A stretch of DNA of 64,000 nt, from positions 4,967-68,966 of the forward strand of contig JAWCRZ010000004.1 in the NCBI GenBank assembly GCA_038868995.1, written 5' to 3'. The stretch comes from Candidatus Woesearchaeota archaeon (GTDB lineage Archaea > Nanobdellota > Nanobdellia > Woesearchaeales > ARS49). Shown piece by piece: positions 45,352 through 52,754 of this stretch. Numbering within the stretch: the stretch's first letter is position 1; each line of letters starts with the position of its first letter. The notes beneath the pieces are model-generated. The model searched no databases. It was not told where the DNA came from and saw only the letters and a program-made list of their open reading frames with translations. Made by a program: the position numbers and the translations under genes.

Positions 45352-45747
45352 TTACTTGGCTTCTTCTTTCTTCTCTTCTGCAGGGGCTGCAAGCGGCTCT
45401 TTTCCTTCTTTGGTTACTTTGAGGTTGACCTGAGAAATCTTCGGATGAATGGTGTTGCCGCATACGGTTTTGCGCTGCCTGATGCCTTTTGCTTTCATCT
45501 TAAGGCCTACTCCTTTTACTGCGAGTATTCTTTTGCGCGCAAAGCCCTCAACGTCTTTTCTCATTGGAAAACCGCAGTAGTCGCTTCCGCCTGTGACGAC
45601 GAACTCATAGCCGGTTAGGCCAATTGCGTCTCCGGAAATGGTGTCGCCTATTTTCTTGCCCAGAAATGTCTTGGCTTCCGGTTCCCGTATTTCTTTCTGT
45701 ACGCACCTGCCATTTTTTGTACCAATTACGACTTTGAAACTGACCAT
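45352..45747 (-). CDS. rps6e: 30S ribosomal protein S6e
   Basis: It has FKVVIGTKNGRCVQKEI...GDAIGLTGYEFVVTGGSDYCGFPMRKDVEG...RKRIL. Confidence 0.95.
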   Translation of the reverse strand: MVSFKVVIGTKNGRCVQKEIREPEAKTFLGKKIGDTISGDAIGLTGYEFVVTGGSDYCGFPMRKDVEGFARKRILAVKGVGLKMKAKGIRQRKTVCGNTIHPKISQVNLKVTKEGKEPLAAPAEEKKEEAK

Positions 45748-45767
45748 AGTCGTGGATTTTCAGAAGG

Positions 45768-45784
45768 GGGTTTATAAACGTTGC
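45768..45784 (-). promoter_or_regulatory. Putative BRE/TATA promoter of rps6e (minus strand GCAACGTTTATAAACCC); the gene looks leaderless
   Basis: The TATA centre is about 27 nt upstream of ATG 45747. Confidence 0.5.
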
Positions 45785-45792
45785 GGTGACTT

Positions 45793-45917
45793 GGTGCTGT
45801 CAACTTAATGGTGCCGCGCTGGCCTGACTTTTCTTCTCCCCTTGCAAGTGCGTGGAGAGAAAAATCATCACGACAACGTCGAGGCAGCGCGGCCAGCACC
45901 AGAGAGTTGACTTAACC
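45793..45917 (+). mobile_element. MITE copy 4
   Basis: 125 bp, with a perfect 9-bp direct repeat CGGTGACTT at 45784-45792 and 45918-45926. It has the same termini, GGTGCTGTCAAC...GTTGACTTAACC. Confidence 0.85.
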
Positions 45918-45929
45918 CGGTGACTTTTG

Positions 45930-46280
45930 CTATTGGATAAGAGAAAGTTTGCCTGTTATCTTGTCTATTTTTTCTTCTTTGTCAGGTCCTATTCCAAGGC
46001 AGGTTATTGTTCCGGGTTTGAGGTGCGTGTGGCCTGCATCTGTTATCAGTGCAACAACAAGCCCTGCGTCTTCCGCTTTTTTCTTGTATTCGTTAAGCTC
46101 TTGCACGTCTTTGACTTTCAGAATGATTTTCTTCATTCCTTGCTCCTGCCATTTTTTGATGTCGTCCTTGTGTGATTTTAATACGGCACCTACAGAGGCG
46201 TGGCTTGCCTGCGCTGCCATTTTTCCTTTTGCCAGCTTTAAGTCGTCGCGCACCAAAATAACTTGCTTGTATTCTGCCAT
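45930..46280 (-). CDS. pth2: Peptidyl-tRNA hydrolase, archaeal/eukaryotic Pth2 type
   Basis: It has KQVILVRDDLKLAKGKMAAQASHASVGA and ITDAGHTHLKPGTITCLGIGP. Confidence 0.95.
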   Translation of the reverse strand: MAEYKQVILVRDDLKLAKGKMAAQASHASVGAVLKSHKDDIKKWQEQGMKKIILKVKDVQELNEYKKKAEDAGLVVALITDAGHTHLKPGTITCLGIGPDKEEKIDKITGKLSLIQ

Positions 46281-46415
46281 AAAAATGGTTTGTAATCTGC
46301 AGTTAATAAATTATTACTTTCCGATGAACAATGGTGACTGAACGGAGTTCGGAGCCGATTGTGAGGAGTGTCTTCGAGCGTGGCGAGAGTTGACGCATAA
46401 AGATTATCTTAAAAA

Positions 46416-47036
46416 TCAGTATTGTGGGTACCCTTGGGGGTAGATGAAATATTGTCCTTTCTGGCATACAAGGACTTTTTGCCCGTTTATTTCGGCAAGT
46501 CCCCATCCTTTTGGAAGAAGAATTTCTTTCAGTTTTGCGTACAATTCGCTTCTTTCGTACGGGAAGTGCTCATAACAGTAAATGTCCCCGCCAATTTGGT
46601 ACAAGGGCCTTGGCATTGCCGAGCTTGTTGGCCAGAACCACCCGGTAACTTCCACGGCAGGTCCGCTGGTTGGCACTGAATAGCAGCTGAATGCGTCTTG
46701 TGGTGCCGCCATTATGAAGCTGATGTCGTTCCAGCATTTGCTCATTTCCCTGATGTCTCCGTATTCTCCCCTGAAGAATATCATGAAAGGGGTTGTTGTG
46801 CCGATTGTTTCGCTTGGTCCTGCTGGAAATTGCGGTTCGGCTCCGAATGGAACTCGTGGTGGAAGTTTTGTTAGTGGCACGATGCCTGGCTGCGGCCCGT
46901 ATGAATCACCAATGCCGAGCTGTGTTATGCCTGTTAATCTGCTGGTAAAAAAGAGCACGAGCGCGACAATGAGAATTATGGAGATTATTGCCACTATAAA
47001 GATTTTGTTGTCGGTTTGGGCTCGTTTGGAAATCAT
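46416..47036 (-). CDS. Secreted or pilin-like 206-aa protein, tandem paralog of 47050..47802
   Basis: The N-terminus is KRAQ followed by a hydrophobic helix. Four Cys residues are conserved (..KCW.., DAFSCY, GGDIYCY, VLVC). Confidence 0.6.
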   Translation of the reverse strand: MISKRAQTDNKIFIVAIISIILIVALVLFFTSRLTGITQLGIGDSYGPQPGIVPLTKLPPRVPFGAEPQFPAGPSETIGTTTPFMIFFRGEYGDIREMSKCWNDISFIMAAPQDAFSCYSVPTSGPAVEVTGWFWPTSSAMPRPLYQIGGDIYCYEHFPYERSELYAKLKEILLPKGWGLAEINGQKVLVCQKGQYFIYPQGYPQY

Positions 47037-47049
47037 TTAAATAAAAAAT

Positions 47050-47802
47050 TTATTGCGGGAAGGGGAATGTCTTCGCGCTTATCCAGCAAACAGGCACTTC
47101 CTTGCCGTTGACTATTGTGGTTGTCCATTCATAGTTGCCGTAGTTTGCCTTGCCGCTTTTGACTGCGTTCAGCACGTTCAGGCGCACCCTGTCTTCGCTG
47201 TCCGGGATTTGTGCTTCTGCTCCGTAGCTGTTCGCGTAGCAGTAGACGTCTCCTCCCTGGTTGCCCAAGTCGCTCTTGATTGGGCGTGGCTCTGCTGAAC
47301 TGTCTGGCGGGTAGTAGCCGACTGCCGGTCCTTGTGGGACTCCTTTGTTTGGTACTTGGTAGCAGTTGAATGCGTCGTGCGGTACTCCCATTTTTGCGCC
47401 TGTTATCAAGCTCCATTCGCAACCATAGCTGTCAGCAATTGTTGCAAACCCGCTTCTTTCTCCTTCTTCAAATCTTGCGCTGATGATGTAAGCAGGTGTT
47501 CTTGTTCCTTTGGTGTCAATGACTGCTGTCGGGTAGGTTATATAGCCGGGGACTTCTTTAACTGGTGTTCTTATCTGATAGCCGCCACCGCCGAAGCGTT
47601 GGTATTGCTCTGTTGGGAATGTTGGCGCGATGCCTTGCGCTCCTCCTTGTGAGCCGTACGGGTTTCCGATTGACAAATCATATAATAATGCGCCTTGTGC
47701 TTCTTTGCTTGCGCGAGTGAATAACAGCACAAGTCCGATGACTGCTATAATGGCGATGACTCCCAGAATGACTAATGCAATGCCGATTTGTCCTCGTTTC
47801 AT
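47050..47802 (-). CDS. Secreted or pilin-like 250-aa protein
   Basis: The N-terminus is MKRGQIGIALVILGVIAIIAVIGLVLL. A strong SD (AAGGAGGT) lies 8 nt upstream. The same four-Cys pattern occurs (GCEW, DAFNCY, GGDVYCY, VPVCW). Confidence 0.65.
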   Translation of the reverse strand: MKRGQIGIALVILGVIAIIAVIGLVLLFTRASKEAQGALLYDLSIGNPYGSQGGAQGIAPTFPTEQYQRFGGGGYQIRTPVKEVPGYITYPTAVIDTKGTRTPAYIISARFEEGERSGFATIADSYGCEWSLITGAKMGVPHDAFNCYQVPNKGVPQGPAVGYYPPDSSAEPRPIKSDLGNQGGDVYCYANSYGAEAQIPDSEDRVRLNVLNAVKSGKANYGNYEWTTTIVNGKEVPVCWISAKTFPFPQ

Positions 47803-47876
47803 TTGTATAACCTCCTTTGTATTTTGCTAATGACGATAAAAGTGTATTTAAATGTTGTGTATGTATATTACTTGCC

Positions 47877-49775
47877 TTATCTCTTTTCAGCTATTTCCTT
47901 TAGCAGCTCCTGTATGAATGCTTCTTTTTTTACAGGTCCGAATACCTTGTTGTCGCGTGTTCTTATCTGCAACGCACCCGATTGCTCTTTTTCTCCGAAG
48001 ACAAGTATATAATTGACTTGGTCAATCTGTGCATTTCTGACTTTTTTGTTTATTGTTTCTGCGCTTGCATCGAGTGTTGCTCTGATGTGGTGTTTGCGCA
48101 TTTCATCAACCAGTTTTTGCGCGTCTAATACAAACCTGTCTGCTATTGACAGCACACGGACTTGTTCCGGTGATAGCCAGAGTGGGAATTTTCCTGCGTA
48201 ATGTTCTGTCATCACTCCAATGAATCTTTCCAGGCTTCCAAGTATTGCGCGGTGTATCATGACGCACGGATGCTTGGTGTTGTCTGCTCCTTCGTATTCT
48301 GCTCCCATTCGCAATGGCATTTGGAAGTCAAGCTGTATGGTTGCTAATTGCCAGTCCCTGCCGAGTGCGTCTTTTACGTCAAAGTCAATTTTTGGCCCGT
48401 AGAACGCGCCTTCTCCCGGCTTGACTTCGTATTTAATTTTCAATTCATTAAGAGCGTCAGCAAGCGCGATTTCTGCCTTTTCCCATAGCGCTGCTGCGCC
48501 CATTGCCTTTTCTGGCTTTGTTGAAAGTTTTGCTTTGTATTGGAATTTGAATGTGTCGTTGTATACATATTTTACAAAGTCAAGCACGTTTTTGATTTCG
48601 TCTTTTATCTGCTCCGGCGTGCAGAAGATATGCGCATCATCTTGTGATAATTTTCTTACTCTTGTCATGCCTCCGAGTGTGCCGCGTACTTCATTGCGAT
48701 GCAAAAAGCAGAAATCAGCAATGCGCAGTGGCAAATCTCTGTAGCTTCTTGTTTTTGACTTGAAAATCAGGACGTGAGAGGGGCAGTTCATTGGCTTTAG
48801 TGAGAATTCTTCATCGTCCACTTCAAGCACGAACATGTTTTCCTTGTAATGCGCCCAGTGTCCTGATAATTCCCAGAGTGCTTTGTTGAATAGTTGTGGC
48901 GTGATGACTTCCTGATAGCCGCGTTTCCAGTATTGTTCTCTTATGAAATTCTGCAGCTCATTGTACATTATGGTGCCTTTTGGCAATAAGAATGGCGAGC
49001 CGGGGCTCCATTCGTGCGTCATGAATAATTCAAGCTTTGCTCCTATTTTTCGGTGGTCTCTTTTTTCTGTTTCTTCCATTAATTTTTCGTAATCGTGCAG
49101 TTCTTTTGTCGATGGGAATGAAATTCCATAAATGCGGATTAGCTGTTTGTTTTTCGGGTCTCCTCTCCAGTGTGCTGCTGCTATTTTGGTGAGCTTGAAT
49201 GCCTTGACGTAACCTGTTGACGGCACGTGTGGCCCTTCGCATAAATCTATGAAGTCGCCGTCGCGGTATGCTGTGAGTTTCCATCCTTTTTTCCTGAAGT
49301 CCTCTGCGAGTTCTATTTTGTATGGATTGTCGCCTTCAAATTTTTTGACGTCTGCAAGCGTCCATTCAATGCGCTCAAAGGGATGGTCCGCATTTATGAT
49401 TTCCTGCATTTTCATTTCTATTTTTTCAAAGTCCTCCGGTGTTATTTTCAGGTCGTCAAAGTCATAGTAGAATCCTTCCTCTACCGCTGGCCCGATTGTC
49501 GGCTTTGCATTTGGATAAAGGTGTTTTACCGCGTGTGCGAAGATGTGCGCAGTGCTGTGACGCAAGGTGTCTTTTCCGCCTTTGTCTGCAAAGGTCAGAA
49601 TTCTTATTTTTGCGTCTTTCTCAATTGGCCGCATCAAGTCGCGCACTTCACCATCAACTTCTATTGCCAACGCATCTTTTGCCAGTTTTTTTCCTATGCT
49701 TTCAGCTGCCTGCATGCCTGTTGATTTGTCTGGCAGTTGCAGGACTTTTCCATCCGGCAGAGTAAGCTTGAGCAT
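47877..49775 (-). CDS. thrS: Threonyl-tRNA synthetase (TGS + editing + class II catalytic + anticodon-binding domains)
   Basis: 632 aa. It has HSTAHIFAHAV (editing-domain Zn motif), class II motifs (FRNE...RVRKLSQDDAHIF, GAFYGPKID) and a C-terminal anticodon-binding domain. Confidence 0.97.
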   Translation of the reverse strand: MLKLTLPDGKVLQLPDKSTGMQAAESIGKKLAKDALAIEVDGEVRDLMRPIEKDAKIRILTFADKGGKDTLRHSTAHIFAHAVKHLYPNAKPTIGPAVEEGFYYDFDDLKITPEDFEKIEMKMQEIINADHPFERIEWTLADVKKFEGDNPYKIELAEDFRKKGWKLTAYRDGDFIDLCEGPHVPSTGYVKAFKLTKIAAAHWRGDPKNKQLIRIYGISFPSTKELHDYEKLMEETEKRDHRKIGAKLELFMTHEWSPGSPFLLPKGTIMYNELQNFIREQYWKRGYQEVITPQLFNKALWELSGHWAHYKENMFVLEVDDEEFSLKPMNCPSHVLIFKSKTRSYRDLPLRIADFCFLHRNEVRGTLGGMTRVRKLSQDDAHIFCTPEQIKDEIKNVLDFVKYVYNDTFKFQYKAKLSTKPEKAMGAAALWEKAEIALADALNELKIKYEVKPGEGAFYGPKIDFDVKDALGRDWQLATIQLDFQMPLRMGAEYEGADNTKHPCVMIHRAILGSLERFIGVMTEHYAGKFPLWLSPEQVRVLSIADRFVLDAQKLVDEMRKHHIRATLDASAETINKKVRNAQIDQVNYILVFGEKEQSGALQIRTRDNKVFGPVKKEAFIQELLKEIAEKR

Positions 49776-49797
49776 GGAATTTTATGATGCCAATATG

Positions 49798-49805
49798 TTT
49801 AAAAA
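49798..49805 (-). promoter_or_regulatory. Putative TATA box (minus strand TTTTTAAA); thrS looks leaderless
   Basis: The centre is 26.5 nt upstream of ATG 49775. Confidence 0.45.
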
Positions 49806-49852
49806 TGTTGTGCAGAAGCGGCGGTATTGAAAAGTTTTCAATGGGGTGCCCC

Positions 49853-50090
49853 GGTTTCACAGCGTGAGACTTCCTTTTTTCCTCCCCTCGCCTGCGCAGT
49901 AAAGAAAAAAGGAACCTTGGCTTTGCCAAGGCGGGGTCTGCGCTGAACCTTTCAATACAGCCGCAGAAGCGGTGCTGCCAACCAAATGGTGCTTGCCGCA
50001 CTGCCTCGGCTTCGCTGATGCCTCCATCCTCCGCATATGCAAGAGTAGAAAAATTCGCTTGAACAAAAGTTCAGGCGCGGGGGAAACTTT
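49853..50090. mobile_element. Two degenerate MITE copies, abutting and in opposite orientations (about 49853-49974 reverse, about 49981-50090 forward)
   Basis: Both align loosely but collinearly with the intact copies. Shared features are GGTGCTGCCAACCAAATGGTGCTTGCC, CCTCCGCATATGC and a central TTCCTTTTTTC...GAAAAAAGGAA hairpin. No target-site duplications are recognisable. Confidence 0.45.
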
Positions 50091-50792
50091 ATGTATGACA
50101 AGCAACGTAGACAAGATATGCTCGATGAGTTGCGTGCTGAACTGAAGAGAAACGCTGACAGGACATACAATTATAATATGTTCTTCAAGGAGCCGATAAA
50201 GGCGTATGGAGTGCGCTATCCCGTATTGAGAAAAATTGCAAAGGATTTCTTTCCTGAAAATCTTGATGGCTGTGATTTGGAGGAATTGTGCGAAGAGTTA
50301 TGGCAGTCCGGCTGGCATGAAGAATCTGTTGTCGCTGTTTATTGGGCGAAGCGCGGCGGCATTGCGGGCGTCGCATTAATGAAAAAGTGGCTTGACGAGT
50401 ACGCGTCAAATTGGGCGCAGGTTGATGACATTTGCTTGAATGTCCTGTGCCCATTGCTGGAAAAGGATTCAAGGCTTTTGCCGGAAATAAAGAGCTGGGC
50501 AAAATCAAGAAATTTATGGACGCGGAGGGCATCCGCAGTTTCTTTTGTCTACCCGTGCAGGCGTGGTTTGTATCTGAAAGATGTTTTTGAAGTTGCAGAG
50601 CAATTGTTTCCTGACAAAGAGGACTTGATTCAGAAAGCTTATGGATGGGCTTTGCGCGAAGCCGGCAAAAAACATCAGAAAGAAGTGTTCAACTTTGTAA
50701 TGAAGCACAAAAATAAAATCGGAAGAACCGCCTTGCGGTATGCAATTGAGCTGATGCCGGAAAATCTGAAAAGGCAGTTGATGAAGAAATGA
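50091..50792 (+). CDS. DNA alkylation repair protein (AlkD-like HEAT-repeat glycosylase family)
   Basis: The C-terminal half (W..SRNLWTRRASAVSF...EDLIQKAYGWALREAGKK...) is collinear with the B. cereus AlkD pattern (N.W..RAA...FIQKAIGWVLRE) as I recall it. Confidence 0.75.
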   Translation: MYDKQRRQDMLDELRAELKRNADRTYNYNMFFKEPIKAYGVRYPVLRKIAKDFFPENLDGCDLEELCEELWQSGWHEESVVAVYWAKRGGIAGVALMKKWLDEYASNWAQVDDICLNVLCPLLEKDSRLLPEIKSWAKSRNLWTRRASAVSFVYPCRRGLYLKDVFEVAEQLFPDKEDLIQKAYGWALREAGKKHQKEVFNFVMKHKNKIGRTALRYAIELMPENLKRQLMKK

Positions 50793-50894
50793 CTATTTTA
50801 CGAATTCAACATTCGGCATATTTTGGAATTCTTTGTCACCGGTCAGAAATTTGATTATTGCATAGCTGTCGAAGAAATAAACAGGAACTGCCAT
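50793..50894 (-). pseudogene. Possible internally deleted PIN-domain (VapC-like) remnant, 33 codons
   Basis: The translation is MAVPVYFFDSYAIIKFLTGDKEFQNMPNVEFVK. It joins a PIN-like N-terminal strand with Asp directly to a PIN-like C-terminal TGDKEF motif. This rests on motif resemblance only. Confidence 0.25.
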
Positions 50895-51037
50895 AATGCT
50901 TTTCTTGCTTCGTCCTTTAATTTCTGGGTAAATTTGCTGAATTTTAATGGCTTAAGTCCTTGTAAAACGTTTTTAACCTTGGGCAGAAAAAGCAGGTCCG
51001 CGTCTTGATTTTCTTTTAGATTTAATCTATTAACCAT
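50855..51037 (-). CDS. Small ORF (60 aa), possibly a former antitoxin partner of the PIN remnant
   Basis: Support comes only from its position upstream of and overlapping the remnant. No motif was recognised. Confidence 0.2.
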   Translation of the reverse strand: MVNRLNLKENQDADLLFLPKVKNVLQGLKPLKFSKFTQKLKDEARKALWQFLFISSTAMQ

Positions 51038-51178
51038 TTCGCTTTATTATTAAGCCCAGGGAATTTTTCCATTTCTTGGTTCGTGAGTGTATAAGCATCA
51101 TAAGTTATACAAAGTATAACTAATTATAATTAACAAAGTTTTCGCATGACTTTCCGTAAAATTTCCAGACTGCAAAAA

Positions 51179-51186
51179 TTTATATA
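51179..51186 (+). promoter_or_regulatory. Putative BRE/TATA (AAAATTTATATA) for the Nudix gene
   Basis: A canonical TTTATATA is centred about 32 nt upstream of ATG 51215, in an AT-rich spacer. Confidence 0.5.
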
Positions 51187-51214
51187 GAAGAATTTAAATG
51201 AAATTGTTTGAAAA

Positions 51215-51706
51215 ATGGTGATGCAGGAAGTGCTTGATGTTGTTGACGAAAGCAATGAAGTTGTTGGCGCTGCTTCCATTGAGGAAATTTATTCAAAGCG
51301 CCTTAATCACAGGATTGTTCACGTCCTGATTTTCAATGACAAGGGCGAGATATTTTTGCAGCAGACTTCTGCAAAAAAGAAATTCTGCCCCGGGCATTGG
51401 GTGACTTCTGCCGGCGGCCATGTGCAAAGGGGAGAGACGTACGAACAGGCAGCGAAAAGAGAATTGAAGAAAGAGCTTGGAATTTCTGTCCCATTGACAA
51501 AAATTCACGCAAGCCCGTACGACCATTACAGGATGCGCAAATTCTTGGAGGTTTTCAGGGGAATTTCCGAAGGCCCGTTCAATTTAAACAAGGATGAAGT
51601 TGCCGGCGGCAGGTGGTTTTCTGTCGCAGATGTGCGCGATATGGTGAAGAAGAATCAGTTGATACATCCGGAGCTTGCCCATATTATGGAAAAACTTTAT
51701 CCGTAG
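51215..51706 (+). CDS. Nudix hydrolase
   Basis: The Nudix box is GGHVQRGETYEQAAKRELKKELGI (GX5EX7REUXEEXGU). Confidence 0.85.
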   Translation: MVMQEVLDVVDESNEVVGAASIEEIYSKRLNHRIVHVLIFNDKGEIFLQQTSAKKKFCPGHWVTSAGGHVQRGETYEQAAKRELKKELGISVPLTKIHASPYDHYRMRKFLEVFRGISEGPFNLNKDEVAGGRWFSVADVRDMVKKNQLIHPELAHIMEKLYP

Positions 51707-51794
51707 TCCTAAAATTAAGTTTGCAACATGTGAGGTATCCGGGAAATTTTAATCCAATGTTCGCCAGCGAGGCATTTGTTATTTTCGAAAACAC

Positions 51795-51928
51795 AATTCT
51801 GTCAACTTAATGGTGCTGGCCGCTCTGCCCCGGCTTTGCCGAGGTCATTTTTCCCTCCTCCGCATTTGCGAGGGGAAAATGATTTCAGAGGACCAAAGGC
51901 AGGTTAGCACCAGAAACTTGGCTTAACC
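51795..51928 (+). mobile_element. MITE copy 5
   Basis: 134 bp and collinear with copy 1. The first two bases differ (AATTCTGTCAAC) and no clean 9-bp duplication is found. The right flank TTCTGTCAG resembles the element's own left terminus. Confidence 0.7.
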
Positions 51929-51942
51929 TTCTGTCAGAAAGC

Positions 51943-51950
51943 TTTATAAA
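51943..51950 (+). promoter_or_regulatory. Putative TATA box (TTTATAAACC context) of the rps19e operon
   Basis: It lies 14 nt after the MITE end. The predicted TSS is about 51973, giving a leader of about 50 nt. Confidence 0.45.
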
Positions 51951-51977
51951 CCACCCCTCTTGCCCATTATTTATTCT

Positions 51978-51998
51978 GGATGCTTCTTCGGAACATCC
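51978..51998 (+). other. Stem-loop with a UUCG tetraloop at the predicted 5' end of the rps19e operon leader
   Basis: The sequence is GGATGCTTC-TTCG-GAACATCC, an 8-bp stem with one bulged C. It is followed by SD-like GAGGT at 52011-52015 and ATG 52024. Confidence 0.3.
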
Positions 51999-52023
51999 AA
52001 ATAAGACCGCGAGGTCAAAAATT

Positions 52024-52593
52024 ATGGCAGTGCATGATGTTGATGCAACATTGCTTATCAAGCGTGTTGCTGAGGAACTGAAAAAGGACGCTAACATAAA
52101 GCCAACTTCATGGGCTCCTTTTGTAAAGACAGGAATGTCAAGAGAGCGGGCTCCTGTGCAGCAGGACTGGTGGCATGTTCGTGCTGCCTCTATTTTAAGA
52201 AAAATTTTCATTCTTGGCCCCATTGGAACGCACAAATTGCAAACGCGGTATGGAGGCAGGAAAAATGAGGGTATGGCGCCTGAGCATTTCTATCCTGCAG
52301 GCGGAAATCACATTCGCAAGATTCTTCAGCAGTTGGAAAAAGCAGGTCTGGCTAAGCAGACCGTGAAAGGCGTTCACAAGGGAAGGATTGTGACTCCAAA
52401 AGGCCACCAGTTGCTGGAAGCGGTCGCTGCAGCCATCATGAAAGAGCAGGGTATTGTTATCAAGCCAGCTCCAAAGGAAGCGCCAAAAGAAGCAAAGGCA
52501 GAAGAAGCAAAAGAAGCGCCGGCAGAAAAGCCGAAGAAAGCGCGAGCTCCAAGGAAAAAAAAGGAGGTTGCTGTTGAAAATGCCAAGTCATAA
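52024..52593 (+). CDS. rps19e: 30S ribosomal protein S19e with a Lys/Ala/Glu/Pro-rich C-terminal extension
   Basis: It has WAPFVKTGMSRERAPVQQDWWHVRAASILRK and GGNHIRKILQQLEKAGL. The tail is KPAPKEAPKEAKAEEAKEAPAEKPKKARAPRKKK. Confidence 0.93.
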   Translation: MAVHDVDATLLIKRVAEELKKDANIKPTSWAPFVKTGMSRERAPVQQDWWHVRAASILRKIFILGPIGTHKLQTRYGGRKNEGMAPEHFYPAGGNHIRKILQQLEKAGLAKQTVKGVHKGRIVTPKGHQLLEAVAAAIMKEQGIVIKPAPKEAPKEAKAEEAKEAPAEKPKKARAPRKKKEVAVENAKS

Positions 52594-52753
52594 GCATCCT
52601 GCAAGAAAGAAGCGGTTGGTGAAACGTATGAAGCAGACACGCTGGGCGCCGTTCTGGACTGTTCCAAAGACGTATGGCAAAGGCAGAAGAGTGCACCCTG
52701 GCAGGCATACTGCAGTAAAACGCAGCTGGCGCAGGACAAAGTTGAAGGTTTAA
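52580..52753 (+). CDS. rpl39e: 50S ribosomal protein L39e
   Basis: 57 aa, MPSHKHPARKKRLVKRMKQTRWAPFWTV...SWRRTKLKV. It overlaps the rps19e 3' end by 14 nt. Confidence 0.9.
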   Translation: MPSHKHPARKKRLVKRMKQTRWAPFWTVPKTYGKGRRVHPGRHTAVKRSWRRTKLKV

Positions 52754-52754
52754 A

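Noticed and set aside
4435-51928. Whether the dispersed 125-140 bp repeats could be a CRISPR array or tRNA-like genes
   Set aside because: The copies are kilobases apart, occur in both orientations and carry individual 9-bp duplications. There is no regular repeat-spacer structure and no cloverleaf.
52454-52579. K/R/Q-rich N-terminal extension of the frame containing L39e
   Set aside because: It is an out-of-frame read-through of the Lys-rich S19e tail. The canonical L39e begins at ATG 52580.
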